From: an uncultured Chroococcidiopsis sp.
GTDB lineage: Bacteria > Cyanobacteriota > Cyanobacteriia > Cyanobacteriales > Chroococcidiopsidaceae
DNA length: 36,871 bases
Assembly: GCA_964248365.1 (NCBI GenBank)
Contig: CAXTYC010000042.1
Location: forward strand, 1 to 36,871
Direction of reading: 5' to 3'
Shown: positions 1 to 11,151 of the stretch, in pieces
Position numbering within the stretch: the stretch's first letter is position 1
How the letters are laid out: every line of letters starts with the position of its first letter
Translations under genes and position numbers: made by a program
The notes under the pieces: generated by a model
Told to the model about the DNA's origin: nothing
The model's database searches: none
What the model saw: the letters and a program-made list of their open reading frames with translations, nothing else

Positions 1-51
1 GCCCCCCATCCCCAGAGAAAACCCCATGCCCCCCCCAAGCGAGTCAAGACA

Positions 52-74
52 GAGAGGGGGAAACCCCCTCTTTT
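52..74 (+). terminator. Possible intrinsic terminator of a + strand gene lying left of the window
   Basis: Hairpin agaggggg-aaa-ccccctct followed by a short T run. Confidence 0.35.
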
Positions 75-160
75 CCCCCAACTTTTCAACAGAGCAGAGA
101 ACTCGTTTAAAGTGCGCCCCTACGGTAATTGGTAGTTGGTCATTTGCACTGGATAAATAA

Positions 161-976
161 CTAACGTGATGCCCCAGCTCTAATTAAGTAAGGTTTTTGT
201 CTATGCTTGGGTAGAGGAGCAAGTATTAGTAAAACCTGATCCAGCAGCCTGGGTGCAAGGCGATTGCACCACGCGATTAAATGACTTTGCCATCCCACCA
301 AGATTTCAGGTGATTCTCTATGCAGTCCAACAATCAGCGCGTGAGCAACTTTCTGGGGAGTCGTTGGCACAACCCACCGAAACCATTGTAGTTCTCGAAC
401 CATGTCTGTATCTGTTAGAGATGGCAGCAAAGTTATCACTTGGACATTGTGTTTCGCAAGTTCGCTACGCAAGGCTTGGGTAAACCCGACGATCGCAAAC
501 TTGGTAGCTGAATATGTAGCCATTGTCGGGGCTGCTACCTTACCCATCAAGCTAGAAACGTTAACGATTTTCCCTTCGCCTTGCGCTGCCATGCGTCGGG
601 CGATTAAATTGGTGATCGTGTACATTCCCACCAAATTAATTGCGATCTCTTGCTGCACATTGAGCAGTTTGGACTTTAAAAAGGGAACTTGATGTGCCAC
701 TCCAGCACAGTTGACGAGTAGATGAATCGGTCCATAATCCCGCCAAGCTTGGGCGATCGCAATACTGACTTCTACTGGCTGTGACAAATCCAGCGCCAAG
801 ATTACGGCTTCTACGCCAAGTGCTTCGATTTGGGCTGCTACTTGGGCTAAACGTTGGCGATCGCGTGCTACCAACAATATACGTTTGATTCGTTGTTCTG
901 CTAATTCCAAGGCGATCGCTCGTCCAATTCCCCGCGAAGCTCCTGTTACTAAAGCTGTCTTTCCTTGAATTTTCAT
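161..976 (-). CDS. Short-chain dehydrogenase/reductase (SDR family oxidoreductase)
   Basis: TGASRGIG Rossmann motif, NCAG, VNVSS and catalytic YSATK (YxxxK); likely start MKIQGKT at 976. Confidence 0.9.
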   Translation of the reverse strand: MKIQGKTALVTGASRGIGRAIALELAEQRIKRILLVARDRQRLAQVAAQIEALGVEAVILALDLSQPVEVSIAIAQAWRDYGPIHLLVNCAGVAHQVPFLKSKLLNVQQEIAINLVGMYTITNLIARRMAAQGEGKIVNVSSLMGKVAAPTMATYSATKFAIVGFTQALRSELAKHNVQVITLLPSLTDTDMVRELQWFRWVVPTTPQKVAHALIVGLHRESPEILVGWQSHLIAWCNRLAPRLLDQVLLILAPLPKHRQKPYLIRAGASR

Positions 977-1743
977 CCTTAAAGCCTCCATTGCTAATAC
1001 AGAAACTGGAAGATTTCGTAAATGAACCATCTGAGGCACTCAGACAAAAAGTGCCTCATGATCGGGGTATAGGTTCAACTAAGGTTGAGGATGGATCAGA
1101 TTTGAAAAAGCTTGTGCTTCTAGGCTGATTTTTCGACCTTTAGCCTGAAAAAGTTCTTCTGTGAGACTTCAGTCAATTGGATAGCACGAAAAGATGCGAT
1201 CGCGCCATCCATTCAAACAATTCTCGAATTAGGGAATGGGTAAACAGCCGAGATTGATGTCAAGCATTGATTAGGACACCTCCTAGATCTGAGCTTCTCC
1301 CAGTGGGCATACACACCCTAACAAAGGGATCAAGTAACCGCAATATTTATTAACAATAAACTGAAATTGTTACAGTTAAATATAAAGCTCTCAGAAATTT
1401 TAACTGATATAGGAGTTCAACAAATACCTCTTTAATCTTGACAGTGAGACGATTCTGCCTTTGTTCATCGTTTTTACTTAGCTAGAAAAAGTATGAGAAA
1501 ATAGTAATATCGTTAAGGAAATCTGAGCTACGGTAATCTGAGTTTGTAAAGTAAGAGCGGTAAGGAGCGCTTTTTCTTTTAATATTGGATTTCCAAATGT
1601 TCTTTGCGTAGAAGTTCTTTAGCTTACTAACTATGAATAAAGAATTTAGGTATTATAATATACATACTTACCTAAACATAAACTACTGCGACGCTAACAT
1701 CCTCATCCCACTTGTGGGTGAGGTTTTCCTGCGCCGTCTCAAT

Positions 1744-1770
1744 AAAAAAGGTGGGCAATGCCCACCCTAC
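1744..1770 (-). terminator. Palindromic GGTGGGCAATGCCCACC repeat with T tract, probable terminator of the 1794-2294 gene
   Basis: aaaaaa-ggtgggcaatgcccacc reads as hairpin plus U run on the minus strand just after the stop codon. Confidence 0.5.
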
Positions 1771-1793
1771 TGATTAAATACGGTCAAATTAAG

Positions 1794-2294
1794 CTAAGTT
1801 TCTTGTCGGAAGCATAAACTTAGGAGAGTACCAGCAGAAAATAGTTTCACAGCTTCTAGTAGCCAATAACCTGCGTGTAGTTGCTTCATAGTGGCAGGAA
1901 TTTCTTTGACTGCCTCAAATATATTTAGTTGAATTCCCGCTGCACACATATTTGGAGTCAAGAAGTAAGTATCCATTAGGGAGATACTCAGCAGTAGTAG
2001 GGATAAAACAACAGCAATACTACGCCATTTAGGAGTAGAAAATTCTGTTCTTCCCAACACCAATACACCTGTTAATACTAAGGCAGCAGCCAATAATTCA
2101 ATACGATTATAATTCCAGAAAATCAGATAGCCTGCCGTCGTAAACCCAGGAGAAGTCATCATGCCAGAAACATAAAGGCTAGGCAGAATTACCCAGTCTA
2201 AGACTAAGCTGCCGCCCACCCATAAGCCCAAAGTCAGCATGACCAAGTTTTGCCAAAAGGGTCGTTTTAATTGAAAGCTAGAAGCAACATTCAT
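1794..2294 (-). CDS. Membrane protein, DUF4149-like
   Basis: 166 aa ORF with about four hydrophobic segments and a LHAGYWLLE motif. Confidence 0.65.
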   Translation of the reverse strand: MNVASSFQLKRPFWQNLVMLTLGLWVGGSLVLDWVILPSLYVSGMMTSPGFTTAGYLIFWNYNRIELLAAALVLTGVLVLGRTEFSTPKWRSIAVVLSLLLLSISLMDTYFLTPNMCAAGIQLNIFEAVKEIPATMKQLHAGYWLLEAVKLFSAGTLLSLCFRQET

Positions 2295-2730
2295 GAAATT
2301 TCCTTTAACTTTATACCTCTATTTTTTTAGCATAACGAATTCATCGAATAACAACTATGAAATATAGTTTAAAACTTCACGACAAACGATTGTAAGTTTT
2401 ATGAATTATCAAACTAAGAATTATTAACAAGTGCTATGTATCGTTTCCAAGTAGGGTAGGCAATGTCTACTTTACAACTGCTATGTAACGTCTCTAAGTA
2501 GACTGGGCAATGCTTACTTGATAATTACTTTAATTAGACATATGTCAGACATATGTTTGTTTTTAGTTTCAAACAAATAAGTTAATAAGTAATAGGGTTG
2601 TCAACCTGTTCTATAGGAAAAATATGCCTTTGTGCTGTTGGCTGACTCCAGATAAGCTGTTTAAGATCCAAGATGTGATAAAAATTTTGTTCAAACTAGC
2701 TGAGGCTCAACACAGATAGTTGATAAAATT

Positions 2731-3282
2731 ATGCGCGTTGCAAGTTTGTTAGGCATAACACTAGCTGTAGCACTAGGCATTGTCGGATCTGCTGAGGTGT
2801 CATCGGCAGTTAAGCTCCAAGATGGCACAGTATACTTTGTTCAACCGCCGGATCTAGCTGCTGCCACAACCACTTTTAATAGTGTAAATGTTTGGGGTGC
2901 AACATACTACTTTACCATCGCCATACCCCAGCAAGCTGGAGAACCCCTGCAAAGAGTAGTCATCCAGCAGCAGGAAGGTGCAGACAATATCCGCTATAAA
3001 CTTAAAGATACCCGCGCTTTTGAAGGCACACGGCATGATAAAGGTACACCAATAAAATTAGGTGAAGTAACCAGAGATCGCAAGACACGCACAGTTGTAG
3101 TAAATTTTGAACAACCGATTCTCCCAGGTAAAGTAATTACAATTGGTCTGCGACCAGTCCAAAATCCGTTTTCATCTGGTGTCTACTTATTTGGTGTTAC
3201 AGTATTTCCTGCTGGGGAAAAATCTCACGGTCAATTTATTGGCTATGGTCGTCTTACATTCTATAGTAATTTTATAGATTAA
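2731..3282 (+). CDS. Secreted DUF2808-like protein
   Basis: Signal peptide; DGTVYFVQPP, YYFTI, NP..SGVYLFGVT and QFIGYGRL motifs typical of cyanobacterial DUF2808. Confidence 0.8.
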   Translation: MRVASLLGITLAVALGIVGSAEVSSAVKLQDGTVYFVQPPDLAAATTTFNSVNVWGATYYFTIAIPQQAGEPLQRVVIQQQEGADNIRYKLKDTRAFEGTRHDKGTPIKLGEVTRDRKTRTVVVNFEQPILPGKVITIGLRPVQNPFSSGVYLFGVTVFPAGEKSHGQFIGYGRLTFYSNFID

Positions 3283-3527
3283 TGAGTCAATTAGCTAATA
3301 GCTTTTAGCGATTAGCTTTTAGAAACTATATCTCTTGCAAAAGTCTACATTACCCACTATTCGGGTGGGCATTGCCCACGAAATTATTGATAGTGAGCAA
3401 TGCCCACCCTACTTTTGCTTTTAGCGATTGATTGGCTAATAAGTATCAAAGATCAGCGAAAGCTAGAAACAAAGAGAAACAGCGCGCTGCTCGCGCCCGC
3501 TAACAACTAACAGCTAACAGCTATTAG

Positions 3528-5285
3528 CTACTTGTTAAGTTTTGCGCCATTTTGTTGAGATTGACGTACAGAAGCTGCTTGTGTGAGGAGAGATTCAGCA
3601 AAGGCGATCGCTTCATTGACAGATTTTCCTCCAGCTAAAGTTGCTAGTTCTTCTCGGCGAGTGGTTAAATTATCAAGCGTACTCACCCGTACAACAGTCC
3701 TCACATCAGATTCAGGAGTCAGGAGTGAGGTTTGTTCGATTACTTGTTTATCTACTCGGAAGTGGCGATCTGCCATTGCAGCTACAAGCGGTTGGTGAGT
3801 GACACAAAGAACTTGGTGGTGTGACGAGAGTTGGTGTAATTTATGGGCGATCGCAGAGGCTACCCGTCCTGAAACCCCAACATCAATTTCATCAAATACC
3901 ATTGTCCCACCAGGATCGGCATGGGAAAAACAAGCTTTGAGCGCCAACAGAAAGCGGCTCATTTCACCCCCCGAAGCAATAGCAATTAAAGGTTGTAATG
4001 GCTCTCCAGGGTTGGGACTAAACAAAAATGTAATCTGATCGGCTCCTGTTGCTGTCGGGGAAGTGGGAGTAATTGCTACTTGAAACTGTACCTTTTCCAT
4101 CGCTAAAGGCTTCAGTTCTGCCACTAGTCGCGCTTCCAGAAGGGCTGCTGCTTGTTGTCGCAAACCAGTCAGATCGGTGCAAACTTGCAGCAGTTTATTT
4201 AGACTTTGCTGTTGTTGCTGTTCCAGAGCTTCGATAGATTGTTCGCTGGCGTTCAATTGGGTAAGTTCGGCTTGGATGCGGTGGTAATAGGCGATCGCAT
4301 CCTTAAGTGTAGGACCATACTTACGACAGATCTGTTTGAGTTCCCGAATACGTGTTTCTACCATTTCCAGCCGTTGCGGGTCGGATTCTAAGCTTTCTCC
4401 ATAAGCACTAATTCGTCGTCCTGCTTCTGTTGCAGCTGCCAAAGCCTCACTCACCAATTCCAACAACGGCTGCAATTGCGCGTCATATTGCACCATATCG
4501 CTTAAAGTTGACTCAGCTTGTGCCAACAAATCAGCGCTTGCTGGCGTGTCGCCATCATTTTGATAAAGCGCCTGGTAGACTTTATAACTTGACTGTTGCA
4601 AGTCCACCACATGACCTAGACGTTGACGTTCTTGCTCTAGCTGTTCTAATTCATCCGGTTCGCCAAGATTGGCTGCGTCTAGTTCCTGAACCTGATAATT
4701 TAGTAAGTCGAGTTGTTGCAAGCGCTCACGGTCGGATTGTCGCCGTTTATCTAAGGTAACTTTAATTTGTTGGTAGTCGCTAAAAGCTGCTGCTACAAGT
4801 TCGCGCTGCTGTAAGTGAGCCAAACCGCCATAAAGATCGAGCCATTCGCGCACTTGTGCTGATTGTCCTACCTGGAGTGCCATTCCTTGTGCGGTAATTT
4901 CTACTAAGCGATCGCGCAATTGTGCCATTATTTGCCGATTTACTAGCACTCCATTTACACGGGATCGACTACGCAGGCTACCCCCGTTAATTGTCAATTC
5001 TCGACCACATACCAGGGAGAAATCATCTATTAGCTCTATTTCCTGTTCTGCTAACCAGGCGGCTAAGGCTCGATCTAATCGAAAAGTCGCTTCGAGGGTG
5101 GCTCGTTTTGTCCCAGTACGAATTACACGGCTTGTGACTTTACCGCCCAAAGCCGCATCAATTGCATCTAAAATAATCGACTTTCCCGCGCCCGTTTCAC
5201 CTGTTAATACATTTAGACCAGTGCCGAATTCCAACTCCAGCTGGTCAATTAGGGCAAAGTTTTCAATCTGGAGGGAGAGTAACAT
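3528..5285 (-). CDS. recN: DNA repair protein RecN
   Basis: MLLSLQIENFALID, GETGAGKS Walker A, ASGGEMSRF signature, FDEIDVG, CVTHQP. Confidence 0.97.
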   Translation of the reverse strand: MLLSLQIENFALIDQLELEFGTGLNVLTGETGAGKSIILDAIDAALGGKVTSRVIRTGTKRATLEATFRLDRALAAWLAEQEIELIDDFSLVCGRELTINGGSLRSRSRVNGVLVNRQIMAQLRDRLVEITAQGMALQVGQSAQVREWLDLYGGLAHLQQRELVAAAFSDYQQIKVTLDKRRQSDRERLQQLDLLNYQVQELDAANLGEPDELEQLEQERQRLGHVVDLQQSSYKVYQALYQNDGDTPASADLLAQAESTLSDMVQYDAQLQPLLELVSEALAAATEAGRRISAYGESLESDPQRLEMVETRIRELKQICRKYGPTLKDAIAYYHRIQAELTQLNASEQSIEALEQQQQQSLNKLLQVCTDLTGLRQQAAALLEARLVAELKPLAMEKVQFQVAITPTSPTATGADQITFLFSPNPGEPLQPLIAIASGGEMSRFLLALKACFSHADPGGTMVFDEIDVGVSGRVASAIAHKLHQLSSHHQVLCVTHQPLVAAMADRHFRVDKQVIEQTSLLTPESDVRTVVRVSTLDNLTTRREELATLAGGKSVNEAIAFAESLLTQAASVRQSQQNGAKLNK

Positions 5286-5442
5286 GAAGCTATTTCACCG
5301 TGAGGACAGATGCGATCGTACCTGGACATGATAGAAAATAAGATATCTCAGGGCAGGGGTAGCATGGGTTGCTGGGGAGGAAATTATCAGTATCTAGCCG
5401 ACTTTATCAGTTTACCGAGTTCTTGCAAGTCATTCTTTTAAC

Positions 5443-5540
5443 AGTTACCAGTTACCAGTTACCAGTTACCAAGCGGTTGCGAGAACGCGGACGCGCTTTT
5501 ACCAACTACCAACTACCAACTACCAATTACCAGTTACCGC
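5443..5540. repeat. Short tandem heptamer repeats (cyanobacterial STRR-like)
   Basis: (agttacc)n at ~5443-5470 and (accaact)n / (cagttac)n at ~5500-5540. Confidence 0.8.
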
Positions 5541-5616
5541 TAACAGCTACTCGCTAAAAGCTCATCGCTAATTGTTACAATACTTAATATAGTCATGCCG
5601 ACGCGGCTCCCAATTC

Positions 5617-7698
5617 ATGAACTTGAAGACGGTATCCTCTAATTCTCTCAGGTCTGACACAGAACAAGTGAGTACTAACCTAGTCACGAAAGAAAATGTC
5701 CCTACTGGTTCCTCAATGGTTAGTGTGCCAACCTTAGAGGAGTTACCCCAACAAGAAATTATCCTCGCTCCGGTTGAGCCAGAATCACTACGCTATGACC
5801 CCCAAGCGATCGCAGCGCACTATAAAAGAAAGCCACTGCAAGTGTTGGGGAGAATTTGGGCAGTTTTGTTTCCATCCTTGAGCTTTGCTTTCGGTCTGTG
5901 GTGGGATAAACAACAAGGACGGGATGTTAAACAGGATCGGCGACGAGCAATTGAGCTGCGAGAACTATTGACTTATCTGGGACCTGCCTATATCAAAATT
6001 GGACAAGCACTGTCTACTAGACCGGATCTAGTTCCGCCTGTATATTTGGAGGAACTAACCCAGCTACAAGATCAGCTACCACCTTTTGATAATGCGATCG
6101 CCTACCAATTCATTCAAGAAGAACTTGGTCAGACTCCACAAGAGATCTACGCCGAACTATCGCCCCATCCAATCGCAGCCGCTTCTCTAGGACAGGTATA
6201 CAAGGGTAAGTTAAAAACTGGCGAGACAGTTGCTGTCAAAGTCCAGCGTCCTGATTTACGAGAGCGTATAACCGTTGATTTGTATGTCCTACGCCGCTTG
6301 TCTGCTTGGGCAAATAGAAACATCAAGCGAATACGTAGCAACTTAGTAGAGATTCTAGATGAGTTCGGCAGCCGGATTTTTGAGGAATTGGATTATGTCA
6401 ATGAAGGACACAATGCTGAACGATTTGCAAAACTATACGGTCATATAGAAGATATCTATATCCCAAAAATTTACTGGCAATACACCCAGCGGCGTGTATT
6501 GACAATGGAGTGGATTACGGGAACCAAGCTGACGCAGGTAGAAGCAATTAGCGCTCAAGGTGTAGACGCACGGCATTTAATCGAAGTCGGCGTACAGTGT
6601 TCTTTGCGCCAGTTGTTGGAACATGGGTTTTTCCATGCCGATCCTCACCCTGGAAATTTATTAGCCACTCCCGACGGGAATTTGGCATATTTAGATTTTG
6701 GCATGATGAGCGAGATCAAGCCTTACCAGCGGTACGGCATGATTGAAGCAATTGTCCACATGGTTAACCGCGACTTTGAAGGCTTAGCGCGTGACTATGT
6801 AAAGCTGGATTTTCTCAGCCCTGATACTGACTTGACACCAATCATTCCCGCACTCGGCAGAGTATTTCAGAATACGTTGGGCGCAAGCGTGGCGGAGTTG
6901 AATATAAAAAGCATCACCGATGAGTTATCTTCCTTGATGTATGAGTATCCTTTCCGCGTCCCTGCTTACTATGCTTTGATTATCCGATCGCTGGTAACGT
7001 TAGAGGGAATTGCAATCCGAATCGACCCTAATTTTAAAGTTCTGAGCGCTGCATATCCTTATGTTGCTAAGCGGTTGTTGACAGATCCAGCGCCAGAATT
7101 AAGGGCATCATTACGGGATCTCTTGTTCAAAGAGGGTAGTTTCCGCTGGAATCGCTTAGAAAACTTATTACGCAATGCTCGTGGTAATCAAGACTACGAT
7201 TTTAATCAGGTAATAAATCAAACGCTAGAGTTTTTGTCTTCGGAACGCGGTTCTTTGATCCGCGATCGCCTAGTTGATGAAATTGTTAAGGGTTTGGATG
7301 CTTTAGGGCGCAATACCGTACACAATTTTACCTATACACTACGCCAGACCTTCGACAAAGTTCCCTTGGGTCATCGCCTAGCATTAGCAATAAATGAAAC
7401 TCCAGGGGCTGATTCGGAGCAACAGCAAACCCTAGAGCATATCAAAAGGATAGTGCAAATTCTCCAAGAAACGAGGGGCTTTGACCCCGCACAACTAGCA
7501 CCCCAGATTACGCAGTTGCTGTTTAAGCCAGAAGCACAACGAATCGGTCAGCAAGTTGTTAGCCGTTTAACGCAAAGAGCGATCGCCCGACTAATTCGTG
7601 AAATTTTAGTTTCGCCACAAGCGTCTAACAACGGTCACAAACCAGATGCGGCTGCTAGAGTTGCTCTACCTGCTGCTAAAGTTGCCAGAGCAATATAA
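5617..7698 (+). CDS. AarF/ABC1/UbiB family atypical kinase
   Basis: LGPAYIKIGQALSTRPD, AAASLGQVY, VAVKVQRP, FFHADPHPGN, LDFGMM. Confidence 0.95.
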   Translation: MNLKTVSSNSLRSDTEQVSTNLVTKENVPTGSSMVSVPTLEELPQQEIILAPVEPESLRYDPQAIAAHYKRKPLQVLGRIWAVLFPSLSFAFGLWWDKQQGRDVKQDRRRAIELRELLTYLGPAYIKIGQALSTRPDLVPPVYLEELTQLQDQLPPFDNAIAYQFIQEELGQTPQEIYAELSPHPIAAASLGQVYKGKLKTGETVAVKVQRPDLRERITVDLYVLRRLSAWANRNIKRIRSNLVEILDEFGSRIFEELDYVNEGHNAERFAKLYGHIEDIYIPKIYWQYTQRRVLTMEWITGTKLTQVEAISAQGVDARHLIEVGVQCSLRQLLEHGFFHADPHPGNLLATPDGNLAYLDFGMMSEIKPYQRYGMIEAIVHMVNRDFEGLARDYVKLDFLSPDTDLTPIIPALGRVFQNTLGASVAELNIKSITDELSSLMYEYPFRVPAYYALIIRSLVTLEGIAIRIDPNFKVLSAAYPYVAKRLLTDPAPELRASLRDLLFKEGSFRWNRLENLLRNARGNQDYDFNQVINQTLEFLSSERGSLIRDRLVDEIVKGLDALGRNTVHNFTYTLRQTFDKVPLGHRLALAINETPGADSEQQQTLEHIKRIVQILQETRGFDPAQLAPQITQLLFKPEAQRIGQQVVSRLTQRAIARLIREILVSPQASNNGHKPDAAARVALPAAKVARAI

Positions 7699-7714
7699 AT
7701 CTCAAGATAAGACT

Positions 7715-8164
7715 TTAGCCTGAATTGCTACTTTCTTGGTCGCGTCTTAAACTTTCTTCCAACGCTTGAATTTGTTCTCTGCGGGCTTCCACTTCCAGCG
7801 CTCGTCGGGCTAATTCTTGAGATTGCAAAGTTAAGGTTTGCCGCCACTGTTCTGCCCGTTCGCTTTCCTGTTGCAAAAAGGTTGGCGTAATACCGTTAAT
7901 TAAGTAGGTTTTTACTAATTCCAGCACCCAATGGGTTGCGTTTTGCAGGCTCTCGATTTCCCCAGTAGGAGATAGTTCTACTAAAACGAGCAAACCTTCA
8001 CTCAAAGGCAGTAGTGTGCGATCGCTCACTATTGCCTCTACGTCTGGAATTACATTTGTTTGGGCGATCAATGTCCAGGCGTATTCGGTTTCCTGACGTG
8101 CCAGTAACCGCAATCCTAAAGTGCCTAATAATCCTTGTTTTTGAACTTGAGCTAGATGGAGCAT
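7715..8164 (-). CDS. Conserved cyanobacterial hypothetical protein with C-terminal coiled coil
   Basis: MLHLAQV..LRLLA start and EQWRQTLTLQSQELARR motif; downstream of valS on the same strand. Confidence 0.75.
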   Translation of the reverse strand: MLHLAQVQKQGLLGTLGLRLLARQETEYAWTLIAQTNVIPDVEAIVSDRTLLPLSEGLLVLVELSPTGEIESLQNATHWVLELVKTYLINGITPTFLQQESERAEQWRQTLTLQSQELARRALEVEARREQIQALEESLRRDQESSNSG

Positions 8165-8173
8165 CTTTGTTGA

Positions 8174-8313
8174 GGGGCTAGGGGCTAGGGGCTAGAGGAA
8201 CCAGGGGCTGGGGAGAGGGGGAATCAGGGGAGATGAGGAGAAATTATGAATTGCCTCTACCCTTACCCTTTACCCTTTTCCCCTTTTACCAACTACCAAC
8301 TACCAACTACCAA
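8174..8313. repeat. STRR-like tandem repeats between valS and the downstream gene
   Basis: (ggggcta)3, (tacccttt)n-like and (accaact)n tracts. Confidence 0.75.
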
Positions 8314-8325
8314 TTCATCATTTAG

Positions 8326-11088
8326 TTAGGCTAAGAGGCGGAGGCGAGATTGCAGGATTTCTACCTGTTTCTCGGCTTCTGCTAAAGCCTCTCGCGCTTT
8401 TTGAACGATTTCCTCTGGAGCTTTATCAACAAAGGTGGGATTTGAGAGCCGCCCCCAGAGGGTTTTAACTTCAGCTTGTGCTTTATTGAGACTTTTCTCC
8501 AGTTTTGCCCCTAGCGCTGGCACATCAATTACACCAGCTAGGGGAATCAAAACTTGAATTGTGCCGACAACAGAGGCGATCGCAGGTTCTATTGCCGTCG
8601 CAAGAGCGCTTGTAATGGTTAATGACTCAACCTTAGCTAGCTCCTGAATATATGATTGCCCACTTGTCAAGATAGAGCGTTCGCGATCGCTTTCACTTTG
8701 CAAAAACGCCGTTACCTTTACTCCTGGCTTAATTCCCGCCTCTGCTCGGAGATTACGAATCGTGCGGATAGCGCCTATCAGGAGTTCAAACTGCTGCTCT
8801 AACTCCAAATCAATTATATTTGCATCTGTCTGGGGATAGGTTTGTAGTGCTAGGCTTTGGTCATCGTGGGTCTGAGTAAGCGTATGCCAGATTTCCTCTG
8901 TAATGTGAGGCATGAAGGGATGGAGTAGTTTCAGTATCCCCTCCAACACATAAGCCAGAGTTTGTTGAGCAACTAGCCTTGACGAGGTAGCTGCATCTTT
9001 TTGCAAGCGGGATTTAACTAGTTCGATATACCAGTCGCAAAAATCACCCCAGATAAATTCATATAATCCCTTTGCCGCTTCACCCAAACCGTAATTGTCA
9101 ATTTGTTCACTGGTTTGTTTTACTACCTGATGAAAACGAGAGAGAATCCAGCGATCGCTCAGTTCCCCCTCCTCGTTCCCCCCTTCCCCCTTTAATAAGG
9201 GCGGATTGAGGGGGGATCTTAACTGCTGCGGAGTTTTACCATCCAAATTCATCATCACAAACCGAGCGGCATTCCACAACTTATTAGCAAAATTGCGGGA
9301 TGCCTCGACCGAAGGTGATTCATCAGTTTTGCGGTTATATTCTAGCCGGATGTCTTGACCTGCACCTGCCACTTCCTTAACTAAGGTGTAGCGCAGGGCA
9401 TCTGTGCCATATTTTTCAATTAGGATTAACGGATCGATGCCATTGTTGGCAGATTTGGACATTTTCTTACCGTTCTCATCCCGCACCAACCCATGAATAT
9501 AAACATCTTTGAAAGGCATTTGTTTGGTAAAATGCCCTGCCATCATTGTCATCCGTGCCACCCAGAAGAAAATGATGTCAAATCCTGTGACTAAGGTGGA
9601 AGTGGGATAGTAAAACTCTAAATCGCGGGTCTGGTCAGGCCAACCCAAAGTTGAGAAAGGCCACAAACCAGCAGAAAACCAAGTATCCAGTACATCTGGG
9701 TCTTGGATTAGCTTGACATTTTCGCCAAATTGTGATATAGCTTTCTGTTGTGCTTCAGCTTCAGTCTTTGCCACCACAAACGGCGTAGTGTCAACGATTT
9801 CGCCACCCGTTTCACTCACAGCGTACCAAGCGGGGATTTGATGCCCCCACCAAAGCTGACGAGAAATACACCAATCTTTCAGACTCACCAGCCAATCTCG
9901 ATAAACCTTAGTCCAGCGCTGGGGGATAAATTCTGGGGAGTTTTGCTGATCTAGGAATTCCAGAGTTTGGTCTGCTAGGGGGCGAATTTTGACAAACCAC
10001 TGAGTAGAAAGTAGAGGTTCAACAGGGACTTTACCGCGATCGCTATAGGGTACAGTATGCTTATAATCCTCCACCTGCACCAGAAACCCATCAGCCTCTA
10101 GGCGTTGCACCACATTTTTCCGAGCAACAAACCTATCTTGTCCCTGGAATTCTCCGGCATTCTCATTTAAAGTGCCGTCCTTATTCATAATATTGATAAA
10201 CGGCAAATTGTGACGCTGACCCATTTCAAAATCATTTGGGTCATGGGCGGGAGTCACCTTCACACAACCAGTCCCAAAACTAACATCAACGAACTGATCG
10301 GCAATAATGGGAATTTGCCGATTCATGATTGGTAGCGTCAACGTTTTCCCAATCAGGTGCTTGTAGCGATCGTCATTGGGATTAACCGCCACAGCCGTAT
10401 CACCCAACATTGTCTCAGGGCGCGTCGTCGCCACTTCTACAAAACCTGACCCATCCGTCAACGGATAGCGCAAGTGCCAAAGATGCCCATTAACCTCCTG
10501 GCTTTCCACCTCCAAATCAGACACAGCCGATTGAGTAGCAGGACACCAATTCACTAGATAATTACCCCGATAAATCAGCCCTTCCTCATACAAACGAACA
10601 AAAGCCTCCAGCACAGCTCTAGACAAGCCTTCATCCAGAGTGAAACGTTCCCGCGACCAATCTACCGAGACACCCAGACGGCGCAACTGATTAACAATCG
10701 TACCTCCAGATTCAGCCTTCCACTGCCAAGCCCGTTCCAGAAATTGCTGGCGGGTTAAATCATAGCGGGTTTTACCTTCCGCCTTGAGTTGTTTTTCCAG
10801 AATTGCCTGTACCGCAATACTGGCGTGGTCAGTTCCAGGTAGCCATAGAGTATTAAACCCCTTCATCCGGTGGTAGCGGATCAGAGTGTCAATCAGCGCA
10901 CTCTCAAAAGCGTGACCCATGTGTAAGCTACCAGTGACATTAGGCGGGGGAATCACAATGCAGTAGGGTTCACCGCCCTTCGTGGGGTCAGCTTTATAGA
11001 CTTGATTGTCTTCCCAGAATTTTTGCCATTTGGCTTCGGTGGAAAACGGGTCGTACAGGCTGGGTAAGGTGGGGATAGTAGCAGTCAT
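8326..11088 (-). CDS. valS: Valine--tRNA ligase
   Basis: [13 protein letters not shown] (HIGH), [17 protein letters not shown]-terminal coiled coil. Confidence 0.98.
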   Translation of the reverse strand: MTATIPTLPSLYDPFSTEAKWQKFWEDNQVYKADPTKGGEPYCIVIPPPNVTGSLHMGHAFESALIDTLIRYHRMKGFNTLWLPGTDHASIAVQAILEKQLKAEGKTRYDLTRQQFLERAWQWKAESGGTIVNQLRRLGVSVDWSRERFTLDEGLSRAVLEAFVRLYEEGLIYRGNYLVNWCPATQSAVSDLEVESQEVNGHLWHLRYPLTDGSGFVEVATTRPETMLGDTAVAVNPNDDRYKHLIGKTLTLPIMNRQIPIIADQFVDVSFGTGCVKVTPAHDPNDFEMGQRHNLPFINIMNKDGTLNENAGEFQGQDRFVARKNVVQRLEADGFLVQVEDYKHTVPYSDRGKVPVEPLLSTQWFVKIRPLADQTLEFLDQQNSPEFIPQRWTKVYRDWLVSLKDWCISRQLWWGHQIPAWYAVSETGGEIVDTTPFVVAKTEAEAQQKAISQFGENVKLIQDPDVLDTWFSAGLWPFSTLGWPDQTRDLEFYYPTSTLVTGFDIIFFWVARMTMMAGHFTKQMPFKDVYIHGLVRDENGKKMSKSANNGIDPLILIEKYGTDALRYTLVKEVAGAGQDIRLEYNRKTDESPSVEASRNFANKLWNAARFVMMNLDGKTPQQLRSPLNPPLLKGEGGNEEGELSDRWILSRFHQVVKQTSEQIDNYGLGEAAKGLYEFIWGDFCDWYIELVKSRLQKDAATSSRLVAQQTLAYVLEGILKLLHPFMPHITEEIWHTLTQTHDDQSLALQTYPQTDANIIDLELEQQFELLIGAIRTIRNLRAEAGIKPGVKVTAFLQSESDRERSILTSGQSYIQELAKVESLTITSALATAIEPAIASVVGTIQVLIPLAGVIDVPALGAKLEKSLNKAQAEVKTLWGRLSNPTFVDKAPEEIVQKAREALAEAEKQVEILQSRLRLLA

Positions 11089-11151
11089 GGAGGGAAGACT
11101 AAGTAAGGAAGCAGTTATTTAAAATTTTGCCACACAGGTGGGGAGGGTTTT

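Noticed and set aside
75..95. cttttcaacagagc as an IS terminal inverted repeat
   Set aside because: Weak resemblance only; any partner end would lie outside the window
253..692. Short antisense ORFs over the SDR gene (and similar ones over recN, the invertase, prk and glnA)
   Set aside because: Shadow frames of well-supported genes on the opposite strand
161..976. SDR as a HetN ortholog
   Set aside because: The equivalent position reads AQGEGKIVN, with no RGSGR signalling peptide
5440..5540. Tandem repeats here (and at 8174-8313 and 34575-34714) as CRISPR arrays
   Set aside because: Units are 7-8 nt with no unique spacers, and no cas genes are present
5369..5557. 62-aa ORF
   Set aside because: Open only because of heptamer tandem repeats
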